Assembly (NCBI GenBank): GCA_003551495.1
Contig: PUMT01000022.1
Coordinates: 1 to 52,944, forward strand
Length of the DNA stretch: 52,944 nt
From: Bacteroidota bacterium
GTDB taxonomy: Bacteria; Bacteroidota; Bacteroidia; Bacteroidales; PUMT01
Reading direction: 5' to 3'
This document shows positions 10,709-21,138 of the stretch, one piece after another (within the stretch, counting starts at the first letter, position 1; every line of letters begins with the position of its first letter). The notes below the pieces were generated by a model. It was not told where the DNA came from. It searched no databases and saw nothing but the letters and a program-made list of their open reading frames with translations. The position numbers and the translations under genes are program-made.

Positions 10709-12928
10709 ATGGGTATAGAAAAAAACAATATACGCCGTTTTGGCACCTCTCCGGTTTTTTTTACAGCTATAGCCACAATCCTCGGTGCAATCCTTTTCCT
10801 TCGCTTCGGCTATGCAACCGGTACTCTTGGTTTCTGGGGTGTTTTGCTTCTGATATTTGTCGGGCATACCGTAACCATTCCCACAGCACTCGCCCTTTCA
10901 GAGATAGCAACCAACCAAAAAGTGGAAGGAGGCGGGGTTTATTACGTTATTTCCAGGTCATTCGGTCTGAACATAGGGGCAACTATAGGGATTGCGCTTT
11001 ACCTTTCACAGGCAATAAGTGTTGCCTTTTATGTAATCGCCTTTACTGAAGCTTTTGAACCTTTATTCAACTTTGTCCACAAAAACACCGGAATATTGCT
11101 TCCCCGTCAGGTCATTAGCCTGCCTGCAATGGCCGTATTGTCGATTGTGATACTCAAAAGAGGGACAAATCTCGGCATAAAAGCACTCTATGCAGTTGCT
11201 GCAATTCTTTTTATTTCCCTTTTCCTTTTTTTTGCAGGAGAAGGGCAACGCCCCGGGGAAGAGGAGATAACAAACTTCGCCTTCAGAAACTCCGAAGATT
11301 TTTTTATGGTGTTTGCAATAGTGTTTCCAGCTTTTACCGGCATGGCTGCTGGAGTTGGTTTGTCGGGAGACCTTAAAAACCCCGGCAGGTCTATACCTCT
11401 TGGAACCGTTTCGGCTACTTTAACCGGCATGGTCATATATGTATTCGTTGCATGGAAGCTTGCCTCCTCTGCATACGCAGATGAACTGGTAAGCGATCAG
11501 CTCATTATGACAAGGATTGCCCTTCTGGGATCTCCAATAATACTTCTGGGACTTGCTGCTTCCACCATCTCCTCTGCACTCGGTTCGGTTATAGTTGCTC
11601 CGAGGACTTTGCAGGCACTTGCTGCCGACCGCTCTTTTCCCTCAATCAGAATTAACTTTCTTCTTTCAAAGGGAAAAGGTAACACAAACGAACCTTTCAA
11701 TGCTTCCCTGCTTACCTGCATAATAGCCTTTATCTTCGTTATGCTGGGAAGTATTAATGCCGTGGCAGGTATTATTACAATGTTTTTCCTTTTGACCTAC
11801 GGCTCACTTTGCCTGATATCTTTTCTCAATCATTTTGGTGCAGATCCCTCATACCGCCCGAAGTTCAGATCACGCTGGTATATTTCTCTTACAGGATTTG
11901 CAATGAGCATATGGCTCATGTTCAAGATAAATACGGGTTATGCTCTGGCAGCCGCTATAATAATGGTTGCACTGTATCTTTATATATCGGAAAAAAACAA
12001 GGAGAGAAAGGGACTGGAGGTAATATTCCAGGGAGTTATTCACCAGGTTGCACGAAAAATACAGATCTACCTTCAAAAATCAAAGAAAATATCCAGCACA
12101 TCATGGCGGCCATCGGTTGTTTGCATATCGAAACACTCTTTTGAAAGGGAAAAACCGTTTGAACTGATAAAATGGATCTCTCACCGCTATGGTTTTGCTA
12201 CATATATCCACCTAATAGACGGGTATTTTTCCAGGGCTACCTGCGAAGAATCAAACAGGCTTTTAAAAGAGCTTATAGAGAGGTCTAACGCAGAAGAGAG
12301 CAATGTATATGTCGACACCCTTATCTCACCTTCCTATACTTCTGCAATTGCCCAGATTATACAACTTCCCAGTATTTCGGGAATGGAAAACAACATGATA
12401 CTGTTTGAATTTGACAAAGACGAAACTGAAGAACTGTGCCGTATAATCGACAATTATTCACTGGTCAGGGCAGGCAATTTTGATGTTTGCATCTTCGGAA
12501 GCAGCAGAAAACCGGTTAATTACCGCAAGGGGATACATGTCTGGATAAAGCCCATCGACACCGAAAACTCCACCTTAATGATACTGCTGAGCTATGTGAT
12601 CCTGGGGCACCCTGACTGGAGGAAGTCGCATATAAAAATCTTCAGTATCTGCAACGAAAATGAGAAGCCGGAGGTGAGAAAGCAGCTTCTCGAACTAATA
12701 AGAAAAGGACAACTGCCCATTTCGCCCGGCAATATTGAAATCCTGTCAACCGGAGAAAACATGAACTCAAAACATCTTATCAACAGTAAATCAGCAGATG
12801 CTGCACTAACACTGATTGGTTTCAGAAACGAGCAGGTAAAGCACCAGCAGGAAAAGCTTTTTACAGGTTTTGAAAATATTGGGGATATAATATTTGTGAA
12901 TGCAAACAAGTACAAGGAAATAAAATAG
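10709..12928 (+). CDS. APC-superfamily permease resembling SLC12 cation-chloride cotransporters
   Basis: About 12 TMs with TILGAILFLR, GGGVYYVISRSFG, FPAFTGMAAG and FFLLTY motifs; large cytosolic C-domain starting WRPSVV. Confidence 0.85.
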   Translation: MGIEKNNIRRFGTSPVFFTAIATILGAILFLRFGYATGTLGFWGVLLLIFVGHTVTIPTALALSEIATNQKVEGGGVYYVISRSFGLNIGATIGIALYLSQAISVAFYVIAFTEAFEPLFNFVHKNTGILLPRQVISLPAMAVLSIVILKRGTNLGIKALYAVAAILFISLFLFFAGEGQRPGEEEITNFAFRNSEDFFMVFAIVFPAFTGMAAGVGLSGDLKNPGRSIPLGTVSATLTGMVIYVFVAWKLASSAYADELVSDQLIMTRIALLGSPIILLGLAASTISSALGSVIVAPRTLQALAADRSFPSIRINFLLSKGKGNTNEPFNASLLTCIIAFIFVMLGSINAVAGIITMFFLLTYGSLCLISFLNHFGADPSYRPKFRSRWYISLTGFAMSIWLMFKINTGYALAAAIIMVALYLYISEKNKERKGLEVIFQGVIHQVARKIQIYLQKSKKISSTSWRPSVVCISKHSFEREKPFELIKWISHRYGFATYIHLIDGYFSRATCEESNRLLKELIERSNAEESNVYVDTLISPSYTSAIAQIIQLPSISGMENNMILFEFDKDETEELCRIIDNYSLVRAGNFDVCIFGSSRKPVNYRKGIHVWIKPIDTENSTLMILLSYVILGHPDWRKSHIKIFSICNENEKPEVRKQLLELIRKGQLPISPGNIEILSTGENMNSKHLINSKSADAALTLIGFRNEQVKHQQEKLFTGFENIGDIIFVNANKYKEIK

Positions 12929-13094
12929 ACAGCCCAAACAGTAAAAAAATGGGTAATCAACTGGAGGAAGGCCGGTAAGGGAGGATTATTTATTAAAATT
13001 TATAATGGATATTAAGCCTGAGGAAGCCCTGCAAATGCGGGTTAAAAGTAGCCCGATAAAGGGGTAATAAAGAACAAAGTAAATTTCATTTATT

Positions 13095-14336
13095 ATGGTT
13101 AATATACCCGAAAAAAGAACCTTTCTTTTGCTGATAGTTCTGTTAATATCTCTTTTTATTTTCTCTTGCACACATTATGTGCCGGAAGAAAAAAGAAGAT
13201 ATGTTGTGGTTTTGTCGATGGACGGCTTCCGCCATGATTATCCCGAAATGTACAACACCCCCAATCTGGACAGGATAGCGGAAAAAGGAGTAAGGGCAGA
13301 ACACATTTTGCCTGTTTTCCCAAGTTTTACATTCCCCAACCATTACAGCATGGTTACAGGCTTGTACCCCGATAACCACGGTATTGTAATGAACAATTTC
13401 TATTGTCCGCGACTGGATGCTACTTTCCGTATTGGCGACAGGGATGCCCTGACCAACCCGGAATTTTATGAAGCCGAACCTTTATGGGTAACTGCGGCCT
13501 ATGAAGGTATCATTACAGCCACCTATTTCTGGGTAGGCTCAGAAGCTCCCATAGGCGGGATAAGGCCGGATTTCTGGAAAGAGTATGACCCATCCGTATC
13601 ATATGAAAGCAGAATAGATACTGTAGTTGCCTGGCTTTCACTTCCTCCTGCTGAAAGGCCTCAACTTGTAATGTTTTACTTTAACGAACCTGACAGCGAA
13701 GGGCACGAAAGCGGACCGGATAGTCCCGAAACAGCAACCGTTGTTGAATATCTCGACAGCCTTGTGGGTGACCTGAAAACCAAAATTGCTGCACTACCCC
13801 ATGCTTATAAAATTGACGTTATAATAACCTCAGACCATGGCATGGGCAAAGTATCCCATGAAAAATATGTTAACCTGCTGGATTTTATTGAATGGCACTG
13901 GATGGAGTACAGGCACGGAAGCAACCCGGTTTACATAATGCGCCCCCGTGAACCGTTTGGGGACACACTTTTCAGTTCGCTTTCAAGTGCGGAAAATATC
14001 ACTGTAAAATGGAACAATGATCTTCCTGCACGCCTGAATTACGGCAATCATCCCCGTACCCTGGATATGACTGTAATGGCTGACAGCGGCTGGAGTATGG
14101 GATTTGGAGAACCCGGGTCATACCATACAGGCGGGGCTCACGGCTACGATAACAGCAACCGCGACATGCATACCATCTTTTATGCTTACGGAAAGTCCTT
14201 CAAATATGGACATATTAATCCTCCTTTCGAGGTAATAGACCTCTATCCGCTGATCGCATACTTACTCGATATAACACCGCTCCCGTCAGATGCATGCGAA
14301 GAAAGGGTAAAAGGAATGTTCAGAAACAGATATTAA
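13095..14336 (+). CDS. Nucleotide pyrophosphatase/phosphodiesterase (alkaline phosphatase superfamily), probable lipoprotein
   Basis: Lipobox-like FSC; SMDGFR, TFPNHYSMVTGLYP, EPDSEGH, SDHGM, GAHGY. Confidence 0.92.
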   Translation: MVNIPEKRTFLLLIVLLISLFIFSCTHYVPEEKRRYVVVLSMDGFRHDYPEMYNTPNLDRIAEKGVRAEHILPVFPSFTFPNHYSMVTGLYPDNHGIVMNNFYCPRLDATFRIGDRDALTNPEFYEAEPLWVTAAYEGIITATYFWVGSEAPIGGIRPDFWKEYDPSVSYESRIDTVVAWLSLPPAERPQLVMFYFNEPDSEGHESGPDSPETATVVEYLDSLVGDLKTKIAALPHAYKIDVIITSDHGMGKVSHEKYVNLLDFIEWHWMEYRHGSNPVYIMRPREPFGDTLFSSLSSAENITVKWNNDLPARLNYGNHPRTLDMTVMADSGWSMGFGEPGSYHTGGAHGYDNSNRDMHTIFYAYGKSFKYGHINPPFEVIDLYPLIAYLLDITPLPSDACEERVKGMFRNRY

Positions 14337-14404
14337 GCGGACCTGCATGAGGGTCAGCCTTCCACATATTTAAGGGCTTCAGCGTACACCGCAAAAAACA
14401 ACAA

Positions 14405-15496
14405 TTATTCCACCGAATCTATGATCATATCCAGCAAAACAAAAAACTCTTCAGGACTCACTGCAGCTTCCTCCGAAGTATATGGCGACGCTGTATGAAT
14501 TACTGCAAGGTTGTATTCGGGCAAAATATACAGGAACTGGCCTCCCCTCCCTTTTGCATAATACCCGTTCCGTTCAGTGTCTATCCACCAGAAATAGCCG
14601 TAAGGAGGAGCGCTTTCGTTATCTCCTGTCCTGACAGAAGCAGCCTCTTCAATCCATGATCCGGGCACAATCTCATCTGCAAGCCACTTTCCGTTTTCAA
14701 TCATCAGAAGCCCGATCCTGGCAAGGTCCCTTGGAGTAAGATAGAGTGCCAGTCCACCATAATTAAACCCGTCAGTATGTTTTTCCCACATGAAACGGTG
14801 TATCCCCATCTTATCGAAAAGATAGTCCGAAGCAAACTCTTCAAGGGGCATTTCGGAGGTTTTCGATATAACCCCTGATATAAGTTGTGCATCTCCGTCA
14901 CTGTAGTTGAAAAAATTACCCGGTTCGGTTACCGATTCCTTTTGAAGTACTACCCTGAGTGAAGAGGGGAATCGATTATAATTGAAAAGGTCAGGGGTGT
15001 CCCTTTCATTGTCCCATTTGAGTCCGCTCTGCATAGTAAGGACATGGTGAAAGTTCATACTCCTCTTAACCTCCCCGGCACCGAAATATTCCGGTATATA
15101 CCTGTAGAGCCTGTGATCAAACTGACCGACATACCCTTTTTCAAGAGCTATGCCGAACAGAAGCGATGTAATACCTTTGGTTATCCCCTGAATGTTTTGC
15201 GGGTAAGTGATATGACTTTCGCAACGGATGTAAGATTCTGATACAAGTTTACCATCCCTGACAATCAGAAGGCTTCTGGACGATGGATATTTTTTCTCAT
15301 CGAAAATAAGTTCATAAACAAGCTGAAGCTTTGAGGCAACCATTCCCGCATTCTCAGGAGCAGAAGTAACCCACCCGTCATCCAGCATCCTGGGAGAGTG
15401 GTTTAGTTCAAGTGTAAACTCATCTTCCTTCAGGCAGGAAGTTGCAGCCAGAAAAAATGGCAGTGAAAAAAATATTAGCAGAGTACGTTTTACCAT
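14405..15496 (-). CDS. Beta-lactamase/AmpC-like serine hydrolase family lipoprotein
   Basis: Lipobox ATSC; LTMQSGL, FNYSDG, LYLTPRDLARIG, YGYFWW, AKGRGGQ. The SxxK position reads GITK (nucleophile Ser replaced by Gly). Confidence 0.85.
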   Translation of the reverse strand: MVKRTLLIFFSLPFFLAATSCLKEDEFTLELNHSPRMLDDGWVTSAPENAGMVASKLQLVYELIFDEKKYPSSRSLLIVRDGKLVSESYIRCESHITYPQNIQGITKGITSLLFGIALEKGYVGQFDHRLYRYIPEYFGAGEVKRSMNFHHVLTMQSGLKWDNERDTPDLFNYNRFPSSLRVVLQKESVTEPGNFFNYSDGDAQLISGVISKTSEMPLEEFASDYLFDKMGIHRFMWEKHTDGFNYGGLALYLTPRDLARIGLLMIENGKWLADEIVPGSWIEEAASVRTGDNESAPPYGYFWWIDTERNGYYAKGRGGQFLYILPEYNLAVIHTASPYTSEEAAVSPEEFFVLLDMIIDSVE

Positions 15497-15502
15497 TTCT
15501 TT

Positions 15503-16351
15503 TTATCTTATATGACTGTCGAACATAACCCTCAGAAAAGCGCCGTTATTGAAATATGTAGCCGGAACCTCTCCCGAGTACCTTAAAAATAACATTTCAT
15601 ACCCAAGGGTAACCGAACCCCTGTTTGTTCTGGTAAGGTCAACCATAAGCTTCAGGTTGGCTGACTGGAATTCGTCAACTGTGGTGAACCGGGCATTACT
15701 GTGAACACGCCTTAGTATTTCTCCCATTTCCATAATATGGTAGCTGGACGAATTTTGGGGGCCTGGTCTTGAAACCACTGCTGCAAGAGGTATACCTGCT
15801 TCCAAAAAAAGCATCCTGGATCTGTCTACCTCAAACCCGGCTACAAAAAAAAGATCCAAACTGTAACAGGTGAACCAGTAAATGTGGTGGGGGTCTTCAT
15901 CAGAAAAAAAAGTTATACTGGTGTTCCCTGAAATTGCCGGACCTGCATATACCCAGCTATCCCTGCCCGATAATCCGTCAACTTTGACAGAATAGCTGAA
16001 AGATAAGCGGGGATTGACATGCCACCCGCTTAATTTAAACCTGTTTTCAATATATCCGGCCTGCATCCCCAATTCCAGGCTGCGACGGAAATTGCCGGGA
16101 TATTTTATTGTTATTAAATTCAGCTCACCTGAAGGGCCATTGTAGCGAAGCGGAGAAAATGCATCATCTTTCTGCTGAAGTAAGTGTGTTTTTACGTAAA
16201 AACCGGTGGATAGGGTTTCGCGGATCTCAGGTCTGTAGAACCGCTGGGAATAACAGGGTTGAACAAACAACAGCAAAATTACAATGGTAACAAAATAATA
16301 CAGGTGTTCCCATTTAAGAATATTGCAGCTATATTTTCTGAAAAAATTCAT
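15503..16351 (-). CDS. Hypothetical exported protein, possible outer-membrane beta-barrel
   Basis: Hydrophobic signal-like segment, alternating aromatic/polar strands; 6 bp from the hydrolase gene. Start uncertain (ATG 16351 preferred over 16423). Confidence 0.6.
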   Translation of the reverse strand: MNFFRKYSCNILKWEHLYYFVTIVILLLFVQPCYSQRFYRPEIRETLSTGFYVKTHLLQQKDDAFSPLRYNGPSGELNLITIKYPGNFRRSLELGMQAGYIENRFKLSGWHVNPRLSFSYSVKVDGLSGRDSWVYAGPAISGNTSITFFSDEDPHHIYWFTCYSLDLFFVAGFEVDRSRMLFLEAGIPLAAVVSRPGPQNSSSYHIMEMGEILRRVHSNARFTTVDEFQSANLKLMVDLTRTNRGSVTLGYEMLFLRYSGEVPATYFNNGAFLRVMFDSHIR

Positions 16352-16549
16352 ATTTGCACGATCACCAATAACCGTCTCTTTTTGTGTACGTATACGAACA
16401 CAGAGTGTTTCATAACCGTGCACAATTTCTTCACTGAAAAACGGAAAAAAATTTTACTAATATCTCATTTCACGAGAATTAGGATCAATGGCATAAATGT
16501 TGGGCATATATGCTGTGCAAAAAGAGTTTATTGTTTTAAAATATTGTTT

Positions 16550-18916
16550 ATGTTCAGAAATTACCTGATTACAGCGCTGAGAAATATAAAAAGATTCAGA
16601 ACGTACTCATTTGTAAATCTCTTTGGACTGTCAGCGGGCATGGCAGCCGTACTACTTATCTTCACTTTCATCTCCCATGAAACAGGCTTTGACAGGTTTC
16701 ACGAAAACTACAACAGGATTTACAGGATAGGTGTGTTTATTGATATGGCAGGCGACCATTCGGTTAACGCCCCCATTACGGGAGGACATGAACCAGGGGT
16801 TTTGGCAGAGACTGTTCCCCAGATTGAAGCGGTTACAGTTGTAGAGCTTGTCGAATCAATTACCATTAAGCACAACGGTGACCATTTTCATAAAAACAAA
16901 CTGCTGTTTGTGGACAACACATTTTTTGATATTTTCTCATTTCCTGTGGTAAAGGGAAACCCGGAAGATCCGTTTACCGGACCGGGAAATGTAATCATCA
17001 CAAGAGACATGGCATACAAAATGTTTGGTACGACTGATGTAATTGGTAAAACAATTAATGTCAACGAAACAGATTTCACCGTATCATCCGTAGCTGAAAA
17101 TGTACCTGTGCAATCGCATCTGGATTTCGACCTCCTTATATCTTTCGAATCACTTCCGGACAAGGACCAGCACTTTAATAACAGGGGGTTCAGCTTTTAT
17201 TCCTATTTTATGCTGAATGAGGGGGCAGACCATGAAGAGGCACTTGAACAAAGCAAAGCTTTTCTTAAAGAATATTATGAAAAATTCACCAAAGAACTTG
17301 GGATTTATGTCACCCCTTTCTTTCAGCCCCTCTCAGATGTATATCTCAGGTCTGAACACCTTGAGTTCAATCCTGAAAGGACGGGAAGAATTTCAAATAT
17401 ATATGTTTTTTCACTCCTTGCCCTTTTTATCCTTGTCATTGCTATAGTTAATTACGTTAATCTTGCAACAGCCCGGGCAGAAACAAGGAGCAAGGAGGTT
17501 GCGGTTCGCAAGATCTCCGGTGCCAACCGTAAGGACTTGTTCAGGCAGTTCATCAGCGAATCAATGATAACCATATTGATTGCACTGGTCATATCAGTTT
17601 CCGTTGCTGAACTTTTAATACCTTCATTCGGCTCAATTGTTAACAGGCATCTTACACTTCATTATGCAGGAACAGGCATGTGGCTTTTTTTTGCCGCAAT
17701 AATCATCATTGTAGGTTTTGCAGCAGGATCATCCCCTGCCTTATATCTCTCACGATTCCGCCCCGCCAGGATACTCTCCGGAACATCAGGAAGCGGTAAA
17801 GTAAAAGGCAAATTGCTGAAAGTATCGATCGTGGTTTTTCAGTTCAGTATAGCTGTCTTCCTTATTACCAGCATAATTGTGATCCAGAACCAGGTAAGAT
17901 ACATGCAGAACAAATCTCCCGGCTTCAGCAGGGACAATATTGTGGCTTTTCATAACCTTAGCCGTGAAATAAGGGGGAGTTATGAAGCAATAAAGAATGA
18001 GCTTGAAACACATTCTTTTGTTACCAATGTTGCAGCATCAGGAGGAGTGCCGGGAAGGCATGCTCCGGTACAAACAAGCTATCCTGAAGGAGGAAATCCC
18101 GAAGAAGCTATAATGATAATAGAAATAAATGTACAAGATAACTATTTTGAAATATTTGATATCCCAATTTTGGAAGGAAGGGGGTTTTCTGACAGTGACA
18201 GGCCGGAGATCATACTTAACCAGGAAGCTGTGAGGGCTTTGGGACTGGAAGACCCTCTGGGTAAAGAGATCTATGTTGTAAGGAGTAAGGGAGAAGTTGT
18301 TGGGGTAACAGCGGACTACCACTACCATTCGCTTCATGAACCAATCAAGCCCATTGCCCACACCAGATTTTATCCCCAAATCAACTTTATTTCAGTAGCA
18401 CTGACTCCTGGTGATACCGGCGAAAAGCTTGAAATGTTAAGGGAAACATTAAGCAGTATCGATCCATTTTACGATTTCACTTATTTTTTCATGGATGAGG
18501 GTCTGAGAGAACTTTACGACGAAGAAGAGCGCAACGGAAAGCTTATTGGTTATGCCACTCTCCTTTCAATAATAATCTCCCTGCTGGGAATATATGCACT
18601 TACATCATTCACAATTATAAGAAGGACAAAGGAGATAGGAATAAGAAAAGCTATGGGTGCTACAGAAGGGTCAATACTTTTCATGCTTTACAAAGATCTG
18701 GGTCAATGGGTACTGCTTGCCAGCATCATTGGCTGGGGTTTTGCATGGCTTGCAATGGAAGGCTGGCTTGACGGCTTTGCCTATACAGCCGGATTAAAAC
18801 CCTGGATGTTCGTGGTATCGGGAGCAGCGGCTATTGTTATTGCGCTTGCAACTGTAACCGGACTTGCAGTGAGGGCAACCCGTGCCAATCCCGTTGATGC
18901 ACTCAGGTATGAGTAA
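16550..18916 (+). CDS. MacB/FtsX-type ABC transporter permease (duplicated)
   Basis: MFRNYLITALRNI start, NYVNLATARA..RSKEVAVRKISGA, RRTKEIGIRKAMGA, ANPVDALRYE end. Start moved to ATG 16550. Confidence 0.93.
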   Translation: MFRNYLITALRNIKRFRTYSFVNLFGLSAGMAAVLLIFTFISHETGFDRFHENYNRIYRIGVFIDMAGDHSVNAPITGGHEPGVLAETVPQIEAVTVVELVESITIKHNGDHFHKNKLLFVDNTFFDIFSFPVVKGNPEDPFTGPGNVIITRDMAYKMFGTTDVIGKTINVNETDFTVSSVAENVPVQSHLDFDLLISFESLPDKDQHFNNRGFSFYSYFMLNEGADHEEALEQSKAFLKEYYEKFTKELGIYVTPFFQPLSDVYLRSEHLEFNPERTGRISNIYVFSLLALFILVIAIVNYVNLATARAETRSKEVAVRKISGANRKDLFRQFISESMITILIALVISVSVAELLIPSFGSIVNRHLTLHYAGTGMWLFFAAIIIIVGFAAGSSPALYLSRFRPARILSGTSGSGKVKGKLLKVSIVVFQFSIAVFLITSIIVIQNQVRYMQNKSPGFSRDNIVAFHNLSREIRGSYEAIKNELETHSFVTNVAASGGVPGRHAPVQTSYPEGGNPEEAIMIIEINVQDNYFEIFDIPILEGRGFSDSDRPEIILNQEAVRALGLEDPLGKEIYVVRSKGEVVGVTADYHYHSLHEPIKPIAHTRFYPQINFISVALTPGDTGEKLEMLRETLSSIDPFYDFTYFFMDEGLRELYDEEERNGKLIGYATLLSIIISLLGIYALTSFTIIRRTKEIGIRKAMGATEGSILFMLYKDLGQWVLLASIIGWGFAWLAMEGWLDGFAYTAGLKPWMFVVSGAAAIVIALATVTGLAVRATRANPVDALRYE

Positions 18917-20932
18917 CTAATCCTGTTCGTCATCCTCATCATCGTCTTCATCCGTATCTTCAGATACATCGGAAAACATCATGGCGATAGGATCCCTGTT
19001 CAGACCGAGATTCATAATATTCATGTCATTCCCGTACCTGACAATCGAGAGTCCGTTATTCTCAAAACCGTAACGGTTATCCGACCTGCGGAACATGAAG
19101 TCGGATTGCAGCAGGTCGACATTCACAAGGGGCAGGCATGCACGGAAATCGCGACCATAATTTTTCATTGCTGTCAAAAAGTAAAATGTCACGTCATATC
19201 CGTTAAAGCCATAGTATTGAGGTTCGGAGTTGTACCTTTGCCTGTACTGCCTGAGAAAGTATTTAACATGATCACAACTGTAATCAATAAAAAATGGCGA
19301 AGCATAATGCAGTTCCATTTTATGGAGGTGGCCTACATCAATGTTCATAAACCTTGCCCAGTCACTTAACCCGAAAAGGGTTATATCATACCTGTTTGAT
19401 ATAATATTGAGCCTGTTGAGGACACCTGCAACAAAAGCCTGGTTGGAAGAGGGTATTATTACTATGTTTTCTTCATCAGGATTTAGCGAATGGTGCAGGT
19501 TGTCAGCCACAGAATCATTGTACACAACCTCCTTGAACGGAGCTTGATGTCTCCCTGAACCGGAACCAAGTGAAGTGAACAGTTTTCTTTTCAGCTTCTC
19601 TGCAGTATCCATATCGCGTATATTCCCGCTGTGAATAAGGACTATATTGTGGTCTTCAAAATTAGAAATAAAATATGCTGCCTGCTCCAGTTCGGTGTCC
19701 AGAGAAGGCATAACCTGAAACAGGTGAGGGTTTTGAACAACAAAATCGGTTCTGGTTGAAAAGGGTGAAACCATATTAACCCTGTTCCTCCTTGACCATT
19801 CTGATACAACATTAATTACTTCAGGGAAAACCGGACCGATAACAAGATCTATATCTCTCATTTCTGGCTTTTCAAGTAAGCCGCGAACTATCATCGGGTT
19901 CCTTTGTGTATCGAAAACGTGAAGATTAACTGAAAGTCCGGCTTCCTTAAGGGAATCCAGGGCAATCAATGCCCCCTGGTAAAATTCAAGGAAAGGAACG
20001 GTAGCAGGATGAAGCTCATCGGCACTTTCCACATGACCGGGAGCCGGCTTCATCTCAATCCTCATCCTTCCGTTCTCCTCAAGCGTATCGGGCACTTCAA
20101 GCGGATAGTTGCGATCTATGAATAAAGGGAGAAAAAGAGCAACATTGAAAGGTCTGTCGTAACTTCTATAATCAAAATCCACACATTCAGCATCTTCAAC
20201 AGAAGGGATTAAACGTTCTGCAACCTCTTCGGCAGGTGGTGGCTCCGGTTCCTTTTCAACAGGTTTTTCAGGATAGCGGGGGATTCGTATATATTCACCA
20301 GCCCGAAGGCCCCAGGCCAGCTTTTCATTAGCTTTAAGTAATTCTTCTTCCTCTATTCCGTACTTTCTGGAAATCGACCATCTGGTTTCCCCGGTTTCAA
20401 CCCTGTGGTACTTATACTTTTCCTCGTCAATGTCGAACCCCCTGCGGGTAATGGCAGGAGCCCTGCGCGGTATTTTGACTACCTGTCCGATCTGAAGATT
20501 GTCAACTTCCAGTCCGGGATTCAGCCTGTCTATCTCACCGGCGCTTACATTATATTTTTGTGAAATATAGAAAAGAGTTTGACCCTCATCTATCTCATGG
20601 TATATAAAGTTTTCGGTATCCCTGACTTCTTCGGGCTCTTCCGGTTCTTCAGGTGGAGCAACAGGTATATGCAGAACCTGACCTATTTGCAGTCCCACAT
20701 AAGCTGAAGGATTCTTAAGAAGCACATCCTTTTGAGAAACATTATAAGCCCTGCTGATCGAAAAAAGTGTTTCTCCCTTTCTGACGGTGTGCACATAATA
20801 TTTTTCCCCGTCAATTTCAATGGTTTCGGAAGATTTTTCCACCACTACACTCCTTTCCTGTGCCGTAGCGTTCAGTGCTAAGAATAACAAGATTATCAAA
20901 CCTGAATATTTAACCGACATGCTTCTAATCAT
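18917..20932 (-). CDS. Exported protein with three LysM domains plus a periplasmic-binding-protein-like domain
   Basis: Signal peptide; HTVRKGETLFSIS, HEIDEGQTLFYIS and HRVETGETRWSIS LysM repeats; VALFLP, FYQG and DLVIGP in the C-domain. Confidence 0.88.
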   Translation of the reverse strand: MIRSMSVKYSGLIILLFLALNATAQERSVVVEKSSETIEIDGEKYYVHTVRKGETLFSISRAYNVSQKDVLLKNPSAYVGLQIGQVLHIPVAPPEEPEEPEEVRDTENFIYHEIDEGQTLFYISQKYNVSAGEIDRLNPGLEVDNLQIGQVVKIPRRAPAITRRGFDIDEEKYKYHRVETGETRWSISRKYGIEEEELLKANEKLAWGLRAGEYIRIPRYPEKPVEKEPEPPPAEEVAERLIPSVEDAECVDFDYRSYDRPFNVALFLPLFIDRNYPLEVPDTLEENGRMRIEMKPAPGHVESADELHPATVPFLEFYQGALIALDSLKEAGLSVNLHVFDTQRNPMIVRGLLEKPEMRDIDLVIGPVFPEVINVVSEWSRRNRVNMVSPFSTRTDFVVQNPHLFQVMPSLDTELEQAAYFISNFEDHNIVLIHSGNIRDMDTAEKLKRKLFTSLGSGSGRHQAPFKEVVYNDSVADNLHHSLNPDEENIVIIPSSNQAFVAGVLNRLNIISNRYDITLFGLSDWARFMNIDVGHLHKMELHYASPFFIDYSCDHVKYFLRQYRQRYNSEPQYYGFNGYDVTFYFLTAMKNYGRDFRACLPLVNVDLLQSDFMFRRSDNRYGFENNGLSIVRYGNDMNIMNLGLNRDPIAMMFSDVSEDTDEDDDEDDEQD

Positions 20933-20972
20933 TAAATTCCAAAACCTGTAACAAGGTATTATTTTAACCCTG

Positions 20973-20980
20973 CAAAAATA
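20973..20980 (-). promoter_or_regulatory. Bacteroidota -7 element upstream of the LysM gene
   Basis: TATTTTTG(C) on the minus strand. Confidence 0.45.
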
Positions 20981-21138
20981 CTAAAGTAATACTCCAAAAC
21001 AAAAAACAGATTTATTACATACACAAAGAACGGTTTTTTAATATTTCTCTGTGTAATATTACAGAGAAAAAAAAATTATATATTTGAAAACTCTATCAAA
21101 TCCCTTTAACAACTTAACAAACCAGGAGGATTATTATT

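Noticed and set aside
16259-16549. 97-aa N-terminal extension of the ABC permease
   Set aside because: Overlaps the divergent gene; the family-typical start MFRNYL is at 16550.
16550-18916. Orphan ABC permease as part of a novel system
   Set aside because: Stand-alone MacB/FtsX-type permease paralogues sharing a distant ATPase are common in Bacteroidota.
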